A stretch of 64,000 nucleotides of DNA from Longimicrobiales bacterium. Its GTDB lineage: Bacteria > Gemmatimonadota > Gemmatimonadetes > Longimicrobiales > Gaopeijiaceae. Both the position numbers and the translations under genes were made by a program. How positions within the stretch are numbered: the first letter of the stretch is position 1; each line of letters begins with the position of its first letter. The notes beneath the pieces are model-generated. The model was not told the origin of the DNA. It searched no databases and saw only the letters and a list, made by a program, of their open reading frames with translations. Below are positions 1 to 8,383 of the stretch, one piece after another. The DNA is taken from assembly GCA_965204735.1 (NCBI GenBank), contig OZ242008.1, positions 3,488,001 through 3,552,000 of the forward strand, in the 5' to 3' direction.

Positions 1-2
1 GG

Positions 3-428
3 GCAGAGCGGGTGGCCCCCGCGCTGGACGCCGTGCTGACGCGGGCGCTCCCCGCAATCTGCCGCAACTTCCTTCGGTTCGGCGCGGGGCTGCTCTTGGG
101 CGCCACGGCCCGGGAGGCGGGTTCGCTGTGGGGTCGCGGCTTCGACTTCCCCGCGGCGGCAACGCTCCGCAACGGCGCGGTCTGCTATGGACACGTCCAC
201 GCCGGTTCCAAGCCTGCTTCCATGGCGCAGCTCGCCGAAGTGGAGCGCCATGTCCGCGCCACCCGCTACGGCTTCGCCCGCCAAGCCCGGGTCCGGATCG
301 TCTTCTCCTTGTCGGGCTTCGACGACGACCTCCGCCGCGAGGCCGCCCGGAACCCGCTGGTCCGGCTGGCGGGGGTGGAGGAACTGGCCCGGGGAACCTT
401 TTCGGCAGGGGGTGGTAACAGGGGTTGA
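3..428 (+). CDS. 5'-partial gene; probable C-terminus of an ATP-binding protein with a DUF234/nuclease-like tail
   Basis: Frame open from the window edge to TGA at 426-428; GSLWGRGFDF...VFSLSGFDDDLRREA...LAGVEEL resembles C-termini of AAA-ATPase/DUF234 proteins. Confidence 0.45.
   Translation, partial: AERVAPALDAVLTRALPAICRNFLRFGAGLLLGATAREAGSLWGRGFDFPAAATLRNGAVCYGHVHAGSKPASMAQLAEVERHVRATRYGFARQARVRIVFSLSGFDDDLRREAARNPLVRLAGVEELARGTFSAGGGNRG
393..419 (+). promoter_or_regulatory. Putative ECF sigma promoter GGAAC-N17-GTA
   Basis: GGAAC at 393-397, 17-nt spacer, GTAAC at 415-419; same architecture as the motifs at 7399-7423 and 8162-8186. Confidence 0.4.
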
Positions 429-496
429 AGGCGTCGCCGGCACCGGGCCGGAAGCCGCCTGGACAGTAGTAGCGAGATAATCGGGTATTCGATAGT

Positions 497-513
497 CTAC
501 TGCGAGCCGCCGG
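497..513. repeat. 17-bp target-site duplication, left copy (CTACTGCGAGCCGCCGG)
   Basis: Identical to 2374-2390; directly abuts the TGT end of the IS. Confidence 0.95.
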
Positions 514-2373
514 TGTCAAGCCAAAGTAGAAATGTCCGGTAGTTGGCCAAAGTAGAAATGTCCCCCCTGATGGTGTGGACGGTGGGTTCTTCCTGAGGCC
601 GGGGGCCAGGTGTCGGGCGCAGGACACGCGGATCCAGCAAGCCTGGGCTGGACGGCGCCGGGCGCCCTGTTCCAGGCGCTTCAAGGCCAGTGGCGGCCGG
701 GCGAGTCGAGGTCGTCGCCGTGGCCAAGCTCTGGCCGGGTGGACGCCAACGCGGACGGGTCCGGACACTGCTGCCCCGATGGCTCGCAGTTCGCACTGAG
801 CCTGCCAGCTCGGACGGTCGTGGTGCGCCGAGCGACCTGCGCAGCGCCGGCAAGCCTCGGAGGCACGGATGCCGACACTGCGGTCGCGTCCGACCTTTGC
901 GGGAAGGGGAGTGCGAGCTGCCGTCCCCGCCTGCAGGCTCAGGACGAGGTCCTGCACCGCTCGGGACCGGTCCCGTTGGAGTGGGCGGCGCGGTGTTCCC
1001 GCTTGGCCACGGCCTGGGCCACGCTGGCGCTGAAGTGCTTGCGCCACGGGTGATCCCTTCCCGGCTTCGGCGGCTTGGGCCTGGGCTTGGCCGTCGCGGG
1101 CGCCGGCGCCGGCTTGGGCGTCGCCGACCGGACCGCCCCCAAGGCCTTGGGCGTCAGGTAGCAGCCGCGATGCCGGAAGCGCAGCTCGCCCGAGAGGCGC
1201 CGTTCGACGACGACGGGGGAGCCCGGCGCGACGCCGGCCGCCTCGGCGTCGCGGGCCGTGACCTGCCAGAAGCGGTTCTCGAAGCGCACGGTGAAGTCGC
1301 GGGCCACGACCCGCGTGTCCGTCTCGGCGAAGAGGGCTTCCAGATCGATGTCCTGAGGCAGCGGGCGATGGGCGTCGAGGGGATCGGCCGGCGCCACCGT
1401 GAAGCGTTCGTTCCAGAACGGAACCCACCGCTCCTCCAAGTAGCGGTTCGCCGCCTCGAGCGTGGTGACTCGCGCCAAGCGCATCTCTTTGACCAGCCGG
1501 TCCTGCGCCGTGCCGAACGTCCGCTCGACCCGGCCCTTCGCCTGCGGCGAGTTCGCCAGGACCACCTCGACGCCCAGCTTCTCCAGCGCCGTGCCGATGA
1601 TCGTCCGGGTCCGCTTGCCCTCCGGGCCGAGGCGCTGCCCGAAGTGGCCCGCGTGGTCCACGTACACCGCCCTCGGCCGTCCGTGGCGTTCGAGGCACTC
1701 GACGATCGCTCGCCGATTCGCGGCGCCCGTGTCGCGCTCGACGAAGCGACCGTGCATGAACCCGCTCGTCGCGTCGTCGTGCAGCGCGATCAGCACGAGG
1801 TCGGGCGGCCCCCGGTCTTCAAGCCAGGCGTGAACCGAGCTGTCCCACTGGAGCAGCTCGCCCCGCGCGGCGCGACGCGGCCGTCGGCGCCGGTGCTTCG
1901 CCCGCTTGCGCTTGCGCTGCCACAAGCCCGCGCCCTTCCGCCATGCCCGCAGCGTCTCCGCGCTGACGCGCACGCCCAGCTCCCGCTCGACATGCTCCGC
2001 CAGAAACGTGGCGCCGAAGTCGGCGTAGTCGGGGTCCCTGGCCATGACCAGCACCTGCTCCCGCGTCTCCGACGGCAGCGACCGGTTCGACCTCCGACCC
2101 CGGAGCCCGTGCACGACCACCTCGTCGCCCGCCGCCTCGAACCGGCGGCGCACGCGCCGGAAGTGACGCTCCGTCACCCCGAAGCGCGCCGCGCCGTCGG
2201 CCGCCGCCAGCACGCCTTCGCTCACCTGCCTCAACACCGAGATCCGGTCCCGCTCCTTCAAGCTCAACTCCATTCGCTCCTCTCCCGGGCACGAGTTCGA
2301 CTCCCGCCGAACATCGCCCGAAAGAGGACATTTCTATCTTGGTAAGACCGGACATTTCTAAATTGGTACGACA
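514..2373 (-). mobile_element. Insertion sequence, IS1202-family-like (IS481/ISNCY-related), 1860 bp
   Basis: TGT...ACA termini; subterminal TAGAAATGTCC motif twice at the left end (within 521-537 and 547-563) and twice inverted at the right end (2326-2336, 2350-2360); 17-bp flanking direct repeat; single DDE transposase. Confidence 0.9.
939..2273 (-). CDS. IS1202/IS481-like DDE transposase
   Basis: N-terminal HTH, GELLQWDSSVHAW, DDATS, YVDHAGHF, SPQAKGRVER, C-terminal KP...HPWR; 444 aa. Confidence 0.93.
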   Translation of the reverse strand: MELSLKERDRISVLRQVSEGVLAAADGAARFGVTERHFRRVRRRFEAAGDEVVVHGLRGRRSNRSLPSETREQVLVMARDPDYADFGATFLAEHVERELGVRVSAETLRAWRKGAGLWQRKRKRAKHRRRRPRRAARGELLQWDSSVHAWLEDRGPPDLVLIALHDDATSGFMHGRFVERDTGAANRRAIVECLERHGRPRAVYVDHAGHFGQRLGPEGKRTRTIIGTALEKLGVEVVLANSPQAKGRVERTFGTAQDRLVKEMRLARVTTLEAANRYLEERWVPFWNERFTVAPADPLDAHRPLPQDIDLEALFAETDTRVVARDFTVRFENRFWQVTARDAEAAGVAPGSPVVVERRLSGELRFRHRGCYLTPKALGAVRSATPKPAPAPATAKPRPKPPKPGRDHPWRKHFSASVAQAVAKREHRAAHSNGTGPERCRTSS

Positions 2374-3346
2374 CTACTGCGAGCCGCCGGAAGGCGGCGA
2401 CGGGGGAGGCGGCCCCAACTCAGGCGGCGAGGGCACCGACCCCACAGACACGACCGCAGTGACGATCGGGTTGACGTGTCCGTCCACCGTCCGTCGCGGC
2501 GAATCGGCGACCTGTTCCATCACCAAGGACCCTGCGACCGCGGCGGTGACGAACGTGAGCTGGCAGTTCTCGAACTCCGACGTGACGAACACGAAGCAGA
2601 ACGGCGAGAGCTGGGGAGGTCGGGCAGCATCCACGGGCACGATGACGGTCACGGGCAACGCCGGCGGGAACAGCTTCACGTTGACCAAGACGGTGACCGT
2701 CCAGAACCGGGGATGGCAATGGCCCGTGACGACGGGATGGGCGTCGGGCAGCGAAGTGGACAGTTGCGTCGGTCGTCGTGCCGGCGCGGTGGTTCAAGCG
2801 AACTGCTCCCACGAGTGGTTTGACAAGGACGGGTTCTCTGTAACGCAGGGTTCGGGGCCATGGGCGGGTCTCTACTACGTCTCGAATCCATCGGCGGGAC
2901 TGGACCTTAAAGCTGGCCTGAACCCCATGTTCCGGGCCGACGGTCCAACGCATCCGCTGGCCGGCGGCAACACCACGTTGGTTTCCGGCTGTCAACGCCG
3001 CTTGGGGTCGGTGGTTGTAGCAGTCAACGCCCATCAGGCAAACACGGTGTGCACGACGATGAGCGACTTCACCAACGCCATAGCTGCCATCCGTTCTCAC
3101 GAGGAAGGGCACATGAACGCTGGCGTCAGTGCGGCCAGGGCAGACGACCTGTACGAAGACTGGGACGCGATCGTTCGCAACCGCAGGAGGGATGCGAGCA
3201 GTGCTGCCAGCGAGGCGGCGAACACAGCATATGCTCGAGTCAGGACTGCCATCCTGGGGACGCACACGGGCGCGACCCTCACATACAACTTCTGGACGTT
3301 CACGTCGGGCAGCTGGAGCATGGGCGGCGTCCACCTACAGAACTGA
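2339..3346 (+). pseudogene. IS-interrupted, 5'-truncated secreted-type protein: Gly linker, Ig/PKD-like domain and C-terminal HExxH (zincin-like) domain
   Basis: Removing the IS and one TSD copy gives EIIGYSIVYCEPPEGGDGGGG in frame from about 474; Thr/Val-rich beta domain; AIRSHEEGHMN motif; codon usage less GC-biased than core genes. Confidence 0.6.
2374..2390. repeat. 17-bp target-site duplication, right copy
   Basis: Identical to 497-513; follows the ACA end of the IS. Confidence 0.95.
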
Positions 3347-3369
3347 TCACCTTGCCAAGAAAGGACAGC

Positions 3370-4458
3370 ATGATGAAGATCGTGACCATCGGGCTGCTCG
3401 CGCTCGTGGCGGGCTTGGCCGACCCGACGACGCTGACGGCCCAAGCGGCGCGGCCGATACCGACGCCCGCCAGCGCGCTGGCCAACATGCGGGAGTCGGG
3501 GAACTCCGGCGACGCCCACGCAGTCTTGACCCTGCGACACGGCTATCGGCCCCGGAGCGAGCTCGACGCCTTCGCCGACAGCTTGGTCGCCCTCGCCATC
3601 GAACACGAGAGAACCGGGTTGACCTTGAGCCCGGCGCTAGAGGCTTTATGGACATCGGCGTTGCCAGAAGAAGAGGACGCCATACCGTACACCGGTGCGT
3701 ACGAGGCCATAGAGCGAGTGTTCGCGGCAACACAGTCCCGGAGCGCGTTGGCCTACATGGCCAAAGTCGACCCGCACCGGGCTCGACCTCTCGTGCTGGA
3801 GCGGGTCGTGGCAAGCGACCACGAGATTGCGTGTCCAGCTAACGACATCCTCCGGGATTACATCGAGGGCGGCGAGGAGCTGCTGCGGCAGCTGACGGAC
3901 AGCGGCGCCCTCGTCCACGAGTGTCTGGCCGTACACGGGACCCAGATGACAATGATGGACCCCATCGAGCCGCAGCTGCCGCCTCCCTTCAGCGGCATCT
4001 TGGCGGCGGTGGAGGCGGGGGACTCGGCGGCAAGCCGGCAAGCGGTGAACATTCTGACCGGTGTAGGAGAGTGGCGACACCTCGACGAGCAGGCTTGGCT
4101 GGTGGACAGCCTGGTGGCGCTGGCGTCGTCCGGCGACGGCGACAGTGCGGTGGCTGCACGAGCTTGGGAAGTGCTGGAGAGGTCGGCGCACCCCCCGGAC
4201 ACTGTTCAGTGGTACGCACTCACATATGACGCTGTGTTCAGGGTGTTCAAGGCCACGGGGTCTCAAGCGGCGCTGGAGTCGCTGGCACGGATCGAGACCG
4301 GTAGCCCGACATGGCTCCTGGCCAGCATGGCGAGCCGCGACACCGCCGTGTCGTGCAGGGCGCGAGCGGTCCTGGCCCAGATGAACGACGGTCCCCGGCT
4401 GTTGCGCGAGATGAGAGATGCGGGGATGCTCGCGTACCGATGCCCGGGCGGCATGTAG
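3370..4458 (+). CDS. Secreted helical protein with internal two-fold repeat, paralog 1 of 3 (362 aa)
   Basis: AAGGA RBS; signal peptide MMKIVTIGLLALVAGLA; both halves share DSLVALA...Y.A..RVF.AT.S..AL...C...G...LR...D.G.L...C. Confidence 0.85.
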   Translation: MMKIVTIGLLALVAGLADPTTLTAQAARPIPTPASALANMRESGNSGDAHAVLTLRHGYRPRSELDAFADSLVALAIEHERTGLTLSPALEALWTSALPEEEDAIPYTGAYEAIERVFAATQSRSALAYMAKVDPHRARPLVLERVVASDHEIACPANDILRDYIEGGEELLRQLTDSGALVHECLAVHGTQMTMMDPIEPQLPPPFSGILAAVEAGDSAASRQAVNILTGVGEWRHLDEQAWLVDSLVALASSGDGDSAVAARAWEVLERSAHPPDTVQWYALTYDAVFRVFKATGSQAALESLARIETGSPTWLLASMASRDTAVSCRARAVLAQMNDGPRLLREMRDAGMLAYRCPGGM

Positions 4459-4495
4459 CTGGGGTTGCGGGTTGAACACGCTGCGCCTCAAGAAC

Positions 4496-5584
4496 ATGAT
4501 GAAGATCGTGACCATCGGGCTGCTCGCGCTCGTGGCGGGCTTGGCCGACCCGGCGACGCTGACGGCCCAAGCGGCGCGGCCGATACCGACGCCCGCCAGC
4601 GCGCTGGCCAAACTGCGGGAGTCGGGGAGTTCCGGCGACGCCCGCGACGTCTTGACCCAGCGACACGGCTATCGGTCCCCGAGCGAGCTCGACGCCCTCG
4701 CCGACAGCTTGGTCGTCCTCGCCATCGAACACGAGAGAACCGGGTCGATCTTGAGCCCGGCGCGAGAGGCCTTGTGGGCATCGGCGTTGCCAGAAGAAGA
4801 GGACGCCATTCCGTACACCGGTGCGTACGAGGCCATAGAGCGAGTGTTCGCGGCAACGCAGTCCTGGGCCGCGTTGGCCGACATGGCCGAAGTCGACCCG
4901 CACCGGGCTCGACCTCTCGTGCTGGAGCGGGTCGTGGCACGCGACCACGAGATTGCGTGTCCAGCTAACCGCATCCTCCGGGACTACATCGAGGGCGGCG
5001 AGGAGCTGCTGCGGCAGCTGACGGACAGCGGCGCCCTCGTCCACGAGTGTCTGGCCGTACACGGCACCCAGATGACAATGATCGACCCCATCGAGCCGCA
5101 GCTGCCGCCTCCCTTCAGCGGCATCTTGGCGGCGGTGGAGGCGGGGGACTCGGCGGCAAGCCGGCAAGCGGTGAACATTCTGACCGGTGTAGGAGAGTGG
5201 CGACACTTCGACGAGCAGGCTTGGCTGGTGGACAGCCTCGTGGCGCTGGCGTCGTCCGGCGACGGCGACAGTGCGGTGGCTGCGCGAGCTTGGGAAGTGC
5301 TGGAGAGGTCGGCGCACCCCCCGGACCCTGTTCAGCCGTACGTCTTCGCGTATGAAGCTGTGTTCAGGGTGTTCGAGGCCACGGGGTCCCAAGCGGCGCT
5401 GGAGTCGCTGGCACGGATCGAGGCAGGTAGCACGACATTGTTCCTGGCCGACGTGGCGAGCCGCGACGCCGCCGTGTCGTGCAGGGCGCGAGCGGTCCTG
5501 GCCCAGATGAACGACGGTCCCCGGCTGTTGCGCGAGATGAGAGATGCGGGGATGCTCGCGTACCGATGCCCGGGCGGCATGTAG
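4496..5584 (+). CDS. Secreted helical protein, paralog 2 of 3
   Basis: Same length and signal peptide as paralog 1. Confidence 0.85.
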   Translation: MMKIVTIGLLALVAGLADPATLTAQAARPIPTPASALAKLRESGSSGDARDVLTQRHGYRSPSELDALADSLVVLAIEHERTGSILSPAREALWASALPEEEDAIPYTGAYEAIERVFAATQSWAALADMAEVDPHRARPLVLERVVARDHEIACPANRILRDYIEGGEELLRQLTDSGALVHECLAVHGTQMTMIDPIEPQLPPPFSGILAAVEAGDSAASRQAVNILTGVGEWRHFDEQAWLVDSLVALASSGDGDSAVAARAWEVLERSAHPPDPVQPYVFAYEAVFRVFEATGSQAALESLARIEAGSTTLFLADVASRDAAVSCRARAVLAQMNDGPRLLREMRDAGMLAYRCPGGM

Positions 5585-5621
5585 CTGGGGTTGCGGGTTG
5601 AACACGCCGCGCGTCGTGAAC

Positions 5622-6710
5622 ATGATGAAGATCGTGACCATCGGGCTGCTCGCGCTCGTGGCGGGCTTGGCCGACCCGGCGACGCTGACGGCCCAAGCGG
5701 CGCGGCCGATACCGACGCCCGCCAGCGCGCTGGCCAACATGCGGGAGTCGGGGAACTCTGACGACGCCCACGACATCTTGACCCAGCGACACGGCTATCG
5801 GCCCCGGAGCGAGCTCGACGCCTTCGCCGACAGCTTGGTCGTCCTCGCCATCGAACACGAGAGAACCGGCTTGATCTTGAGCCCGGCGCTAGAGGCTTTG
5901 TGGACATCGGCGTTGCCAGAAGAAGGGGACCCCATTCCGTACACCGGTGCGTACGAGGCCATAGAGCGAGTGTTCGCAGCAACACTGTCCTGGGACGCGT
6001 TGGCCTACATGGCCGAAGTCGACCCGCACCGGGCTCGACCTCTCGTGCTGGAGCGGGTCATGGCAAGCGACCGCGAGGTTGCGTGTCAAGCTAACGTCAT
6101 CCTCCAGTACCGCCTCGAGGGCGGCGAGGAGCTGCGGCGGAAGCTGATGGACAGCGGCGCCCTCGTCCACCACTGTTCGGTCGGACACTTTGACACACTG
6201 ATCATGGTCGACCCCATCGAGCCGCAGCTGCCGCCTCCCTTCCGCGGCATCTTGGCGGCGGTGGAGGCAGGGGACTCGGCGGCAAGCCGGCAAGCGGTCA
6301 ACATTCTGACCGGTGTAGGAGAGTGGCGACACTTCGACGAGCAGGCTTGGCTGGTGGACAGCCTCGTGGCGCTGGCGTCGTCCGGCGACGGCGACAGTGC
6401 GGTGGCTGCGCGAGCTTGGGAAGTGCTGGAGAGGTCGGCGCACCCCCCGGACACTGTTCAGTGGTACGCACTCACATATGAAGCTGTGTTCAGGGTGTTC
6501 GAGGCCACGGGGTCTCAAGCGGCACTGGAGTCGCTGGCACGGATCGAGGCAGGTAGCACGACATTGTTCCTGGCCGACATGGCGAGCCTAGACGCCGCCG
6601 TGTCGTGCAGGGCGCGTGCGGTCCTGGCCCAGATGAACGACGGTCCCCAGCTGTTGCGCGAGATGAGAGATGCGGGGATGCTCGCGTACCGATGCCCGGG
6701 CGGCATGTAG
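5622..6710 (+). CDS. Secreted helical protein, paralog 3 of 3
   Basis: Same length and signal peptide; distinct block QANVILQYRLEGG...HHCSVGHFDTLIMV. Confidence 0.85.
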   Translation: MMKIVTIGLLALVAGLADPATLTAQAARPIPTPASALANMRESGNSDDAHDILTQRHGYRPRSELDAFADSLVVLAIEHERTGLILSPALEALWTSALPEEGDPIPYTGAYEAIERVFAATLSWDALAYMAEVDPHRARPLVLERVMASDREVACQANVILQYRLEGGEELRRKLMDSGALVHHCSVGHFDTLIMVDPIEPQLPPPFRGILAAVEAGDSAASRQAVNILTGVGEWRHFDEQAWLVDSLVALASSGDGDSAVAARAWEVLERSAHPPDTVQWYALTYEAVFRVFEATGSQAALESLARIEAGSTTLFLADMASLDAAVSCRARAVLAQMNDGPQLLREMRDAGMLAYRCPGGM

Positions 6711-6823
6711 CTGGGGAGTAGCGATCGCGGCGAATCGACGTCGAAGCCCGCGAGCCGCGTCCCGCGCCCGGTAGCGAGCGGCCGGCGATGGAGACGAGTC
6801 GCCGACCGCTCGCAGGGCCGTGC

Positions 6824-7315
6824 TCAGGAAGGGTCGTTCACCCGCGACTCGTCGTCGTCGGGGTCGTCGTCCGCTTCCGGCTGCACGGGACACGCCGCGC
6901 GCCAGCTGCCCGGCGCCTGGCTCGGATGGTAGAGGACGAAGACGCCCCCGTTGCGGCACGCGTCGTGCCGAAGCGCGCGGGCCATGCACCGCCGGAAGGC
7001 GTCCAGCTCGAGGCGGTTCGTCGCGTCCTCGACCGCGCAGACGGCCGCGCTCCCCTCGGGATCGTCCTGGGGCCTCGCGCCCGCGCCCAGGTCCTGGATC
7101 CTGTAGGACCGGTCGTTGCCGGCGAAGACGACCTGGACCGGGCCGCCCTTCGACTCGGCGGCGGCGAAGATCGTCGTCCAGGGGTTGGTGGTCTCGGTGG
7201 TCTCCCGGGGCTCGTCCGCGAGCTTGGTGGGCGTGGCGTCGTCGTCGCAGGCGACGGCCACGAGGGCCAGCGCCAGCGCGGCGAAGGCCGTCCTCATGGA
7301 TGCGGCTGCTTTCAT
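6824..7315 (-). CDS. Hypothetical lipoprotein, copy A (163 aa)
   Basis: AGGAG RBS; lipobox VAVAC; four Cys in the mature domain; acidic tail. Confidence 0.8.
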   Translation of the reverse strand: MKAAASMRTAFAALALALVAVACDDDATPTKLADEPRETTETTNPWTTIFAAAESKGGPVQVVFAGNDRSYRIQDLGAGARPQDDPEGSAAVCAVEDATNRLELDAFRRCMARALRHDACRNGGVFVLYHPSQAPGSWRAACPVQPEADDDPDDDESRVNDPS

Positions 7316-7398
7316 GACTGCTCCTGGCTGATGATGGTTCCGACCGCCTTGCGGCTCGTCGTCGGTGGCGAGCCCGCTGTCGGGGCCGTGCTGTTCCG

Positions 7399-7423
7399 TA
7401 CACCGGAAATCGGAAAGGGTTCC
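7399..7423 (-). promoter_or_regulatory. Putative ECF sigma promoter GGAAC-N17-GTA upstream of lipoprotein copy A
   Basis: Minus strand GGAACcctttccgatttccggtGTA; conserved between the copies while the intervening leader has diverged. Confidence 0.5.
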
Positions 7424-7489
7424 CCTCGGTGGGAGGGGGGTCTCGCGCAGCCGTGCCGGCGCGCCTGCTGAGTGATCGTCTCGCCCGGG

Positions 7490-7518
7490 GGGTGGCCCCC
7501 GCGCTGGACGCCGTGCTG
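7490..7518 (+). repeat. 29-bp direct repeat of positions 10-38
   Basis: GGGTGGCCCCCGCGCTGGACGCCGTGCTG is identical at 10-38 and 7490-7518. Confidence 0.85.
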
Positions 7519-7590
7519 GGCGCGCGACCCACGCCCGGCTGCGAGCGGCCGGCGATGGAGACGAGTCGCCGACCGCTCGCAGGGCCGTGC

Positions 7591-8082
7591 TCAGGCCGGG
7601 TCGTTCACCCGCGACTCGTCGTCGTCGGGGTCGTCGTCCGCTTCCGGCTGCACGGGACACGCCGCGCGCCAGCTGCCCGGCGCCTGGCTCGGATGGTAGA
7701 GGACGAAGACGCCCCCGTTGCGGCACGCGTCGTGCCGAAGCGCGCGGGCCATGCACCGCCGGAAGGCGTCCAGCTCGAGGCGGTTCGTCGCGTCCTCGAC
7801 CGCGCAGACGGCCGCGCTCCCCTCGGGATCGTCCTGGGGCCTCGCGCCCTCGCCCAGGTCCTGGATCCTGTAGGACCGGTCGCTGCCGGCGAAGACGACC
7901 TGGACCGGGCCGCCCTTCGACTCGGCGGCGGCGAAGATCGTCGTCCAGGGGTTGGGGGTCTCGGTGAGCTCGCGGGGCTCGTCCGCGAGCTTGGTGGGCG
8001 CGGCGTCGTCGTCGCAGGCGACGGCCACGAGGGCCAGCGCCAGCGTGGCGAAGGCCGCCCTGATGGATGCGGCTGCTTTCAT
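7591..8082 (-). CDS. Hypothetical lipoprotein, copy B (163 aa)
   Basis: AGGAG RBS; lipobox VAVAC; near-identical to copy A. Confidence 0.8.
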   Translation of the reverse strand: MKAAASIRAAFATLALALVAVACDDDAAPTKLADEPRELTETPNPWTTIFAAAESKGGPVQVVFAGSDRSYRIQDLGEGARPQDDPEGSAAVCAVEDATNRLELDAFRRCMARALRHDACRNGGVFVLYHPSQAPGSWRAACPVQPEADDDPDDDESRVNDPA

Positions 8083-8161
8083 GATTGCTCCTCGCGATCG
8101 GTCCCGACCGCTGCGGCTCGCCGTCGGTGGCGGGCCCGCGTCCGGGTCTGTACCGATCCAA

Positions 8162-8186
8162 TACACCGGGATTCGGAAAGGGTTCC
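8162..8186 (-). promoter_or_regulatory. Putative ECF sigma promoter upstream of lipoprotein copy B
   Basis: Minus strand GGAACcctttccgaatcccggtGTA. Confidence 0.5.
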
Positions 8187-8355
8187 CCCTCGGTAGGAGC
8201 GAGTTCCCACGCAAGCGACCACGCGGCCCGGCAACCACACGCCTGCGAAGCCGGGCGGGGCAGGCCGGATGAGCAGGCGGGAGGCGCACGCGGTACCCAC
8301 GCACATGCCGAGCCACGACCCCGGCCGCACCGCCCGTTTCCCGGCCCAAGCCGCG

Positions 8356-8383
8356 TTGACTCCGGCTAGCCGGTCGCTATACT
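8356..8383 (+). promoter_or_regulatory. Sigma70-like promoter for mod-res, with a palindrome in the spacer
   Basis: TTGACT-16 bp-TATACT; the spacer contains the perfect palindrome CCGGCTAGCCGG (8362-8373). Confidence 0.65.

Larger units (their letters stand above)
3370..6710 (+). repeat. Tandem triplication, 1126-bp period
   Basis: Starts at 3370/4496/5622 and stops at 4458/5584/6710; copies highly similar, with clustered differences. Confidence 0.95.
6774..8193. repeat. Direct duplication of about 655 bp (6774-7430 and 7541-8193), 767-bp offset
   Basis: Near-identical lipoprotein CDSs plus conserved upstream motif and downstream sequence. Confidence 0.93.

Noticed and set aside
2290..2310. 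tRNA-like T-loop GTTCGACTC
   Set aside because: No cloverleaf; lies in the transposase leader inside the IS
690..2345. 551-aa plus-strand ORF
   Set aside because: Antisense shadow of the transposase, typical of high-GC DNA
3370..6710. Diversity-generating retroelement as the source of paralog variation
   Set aside because: Differences are not adenine-specific, all copies are full genes, and no reverse transcriptase is present in the window
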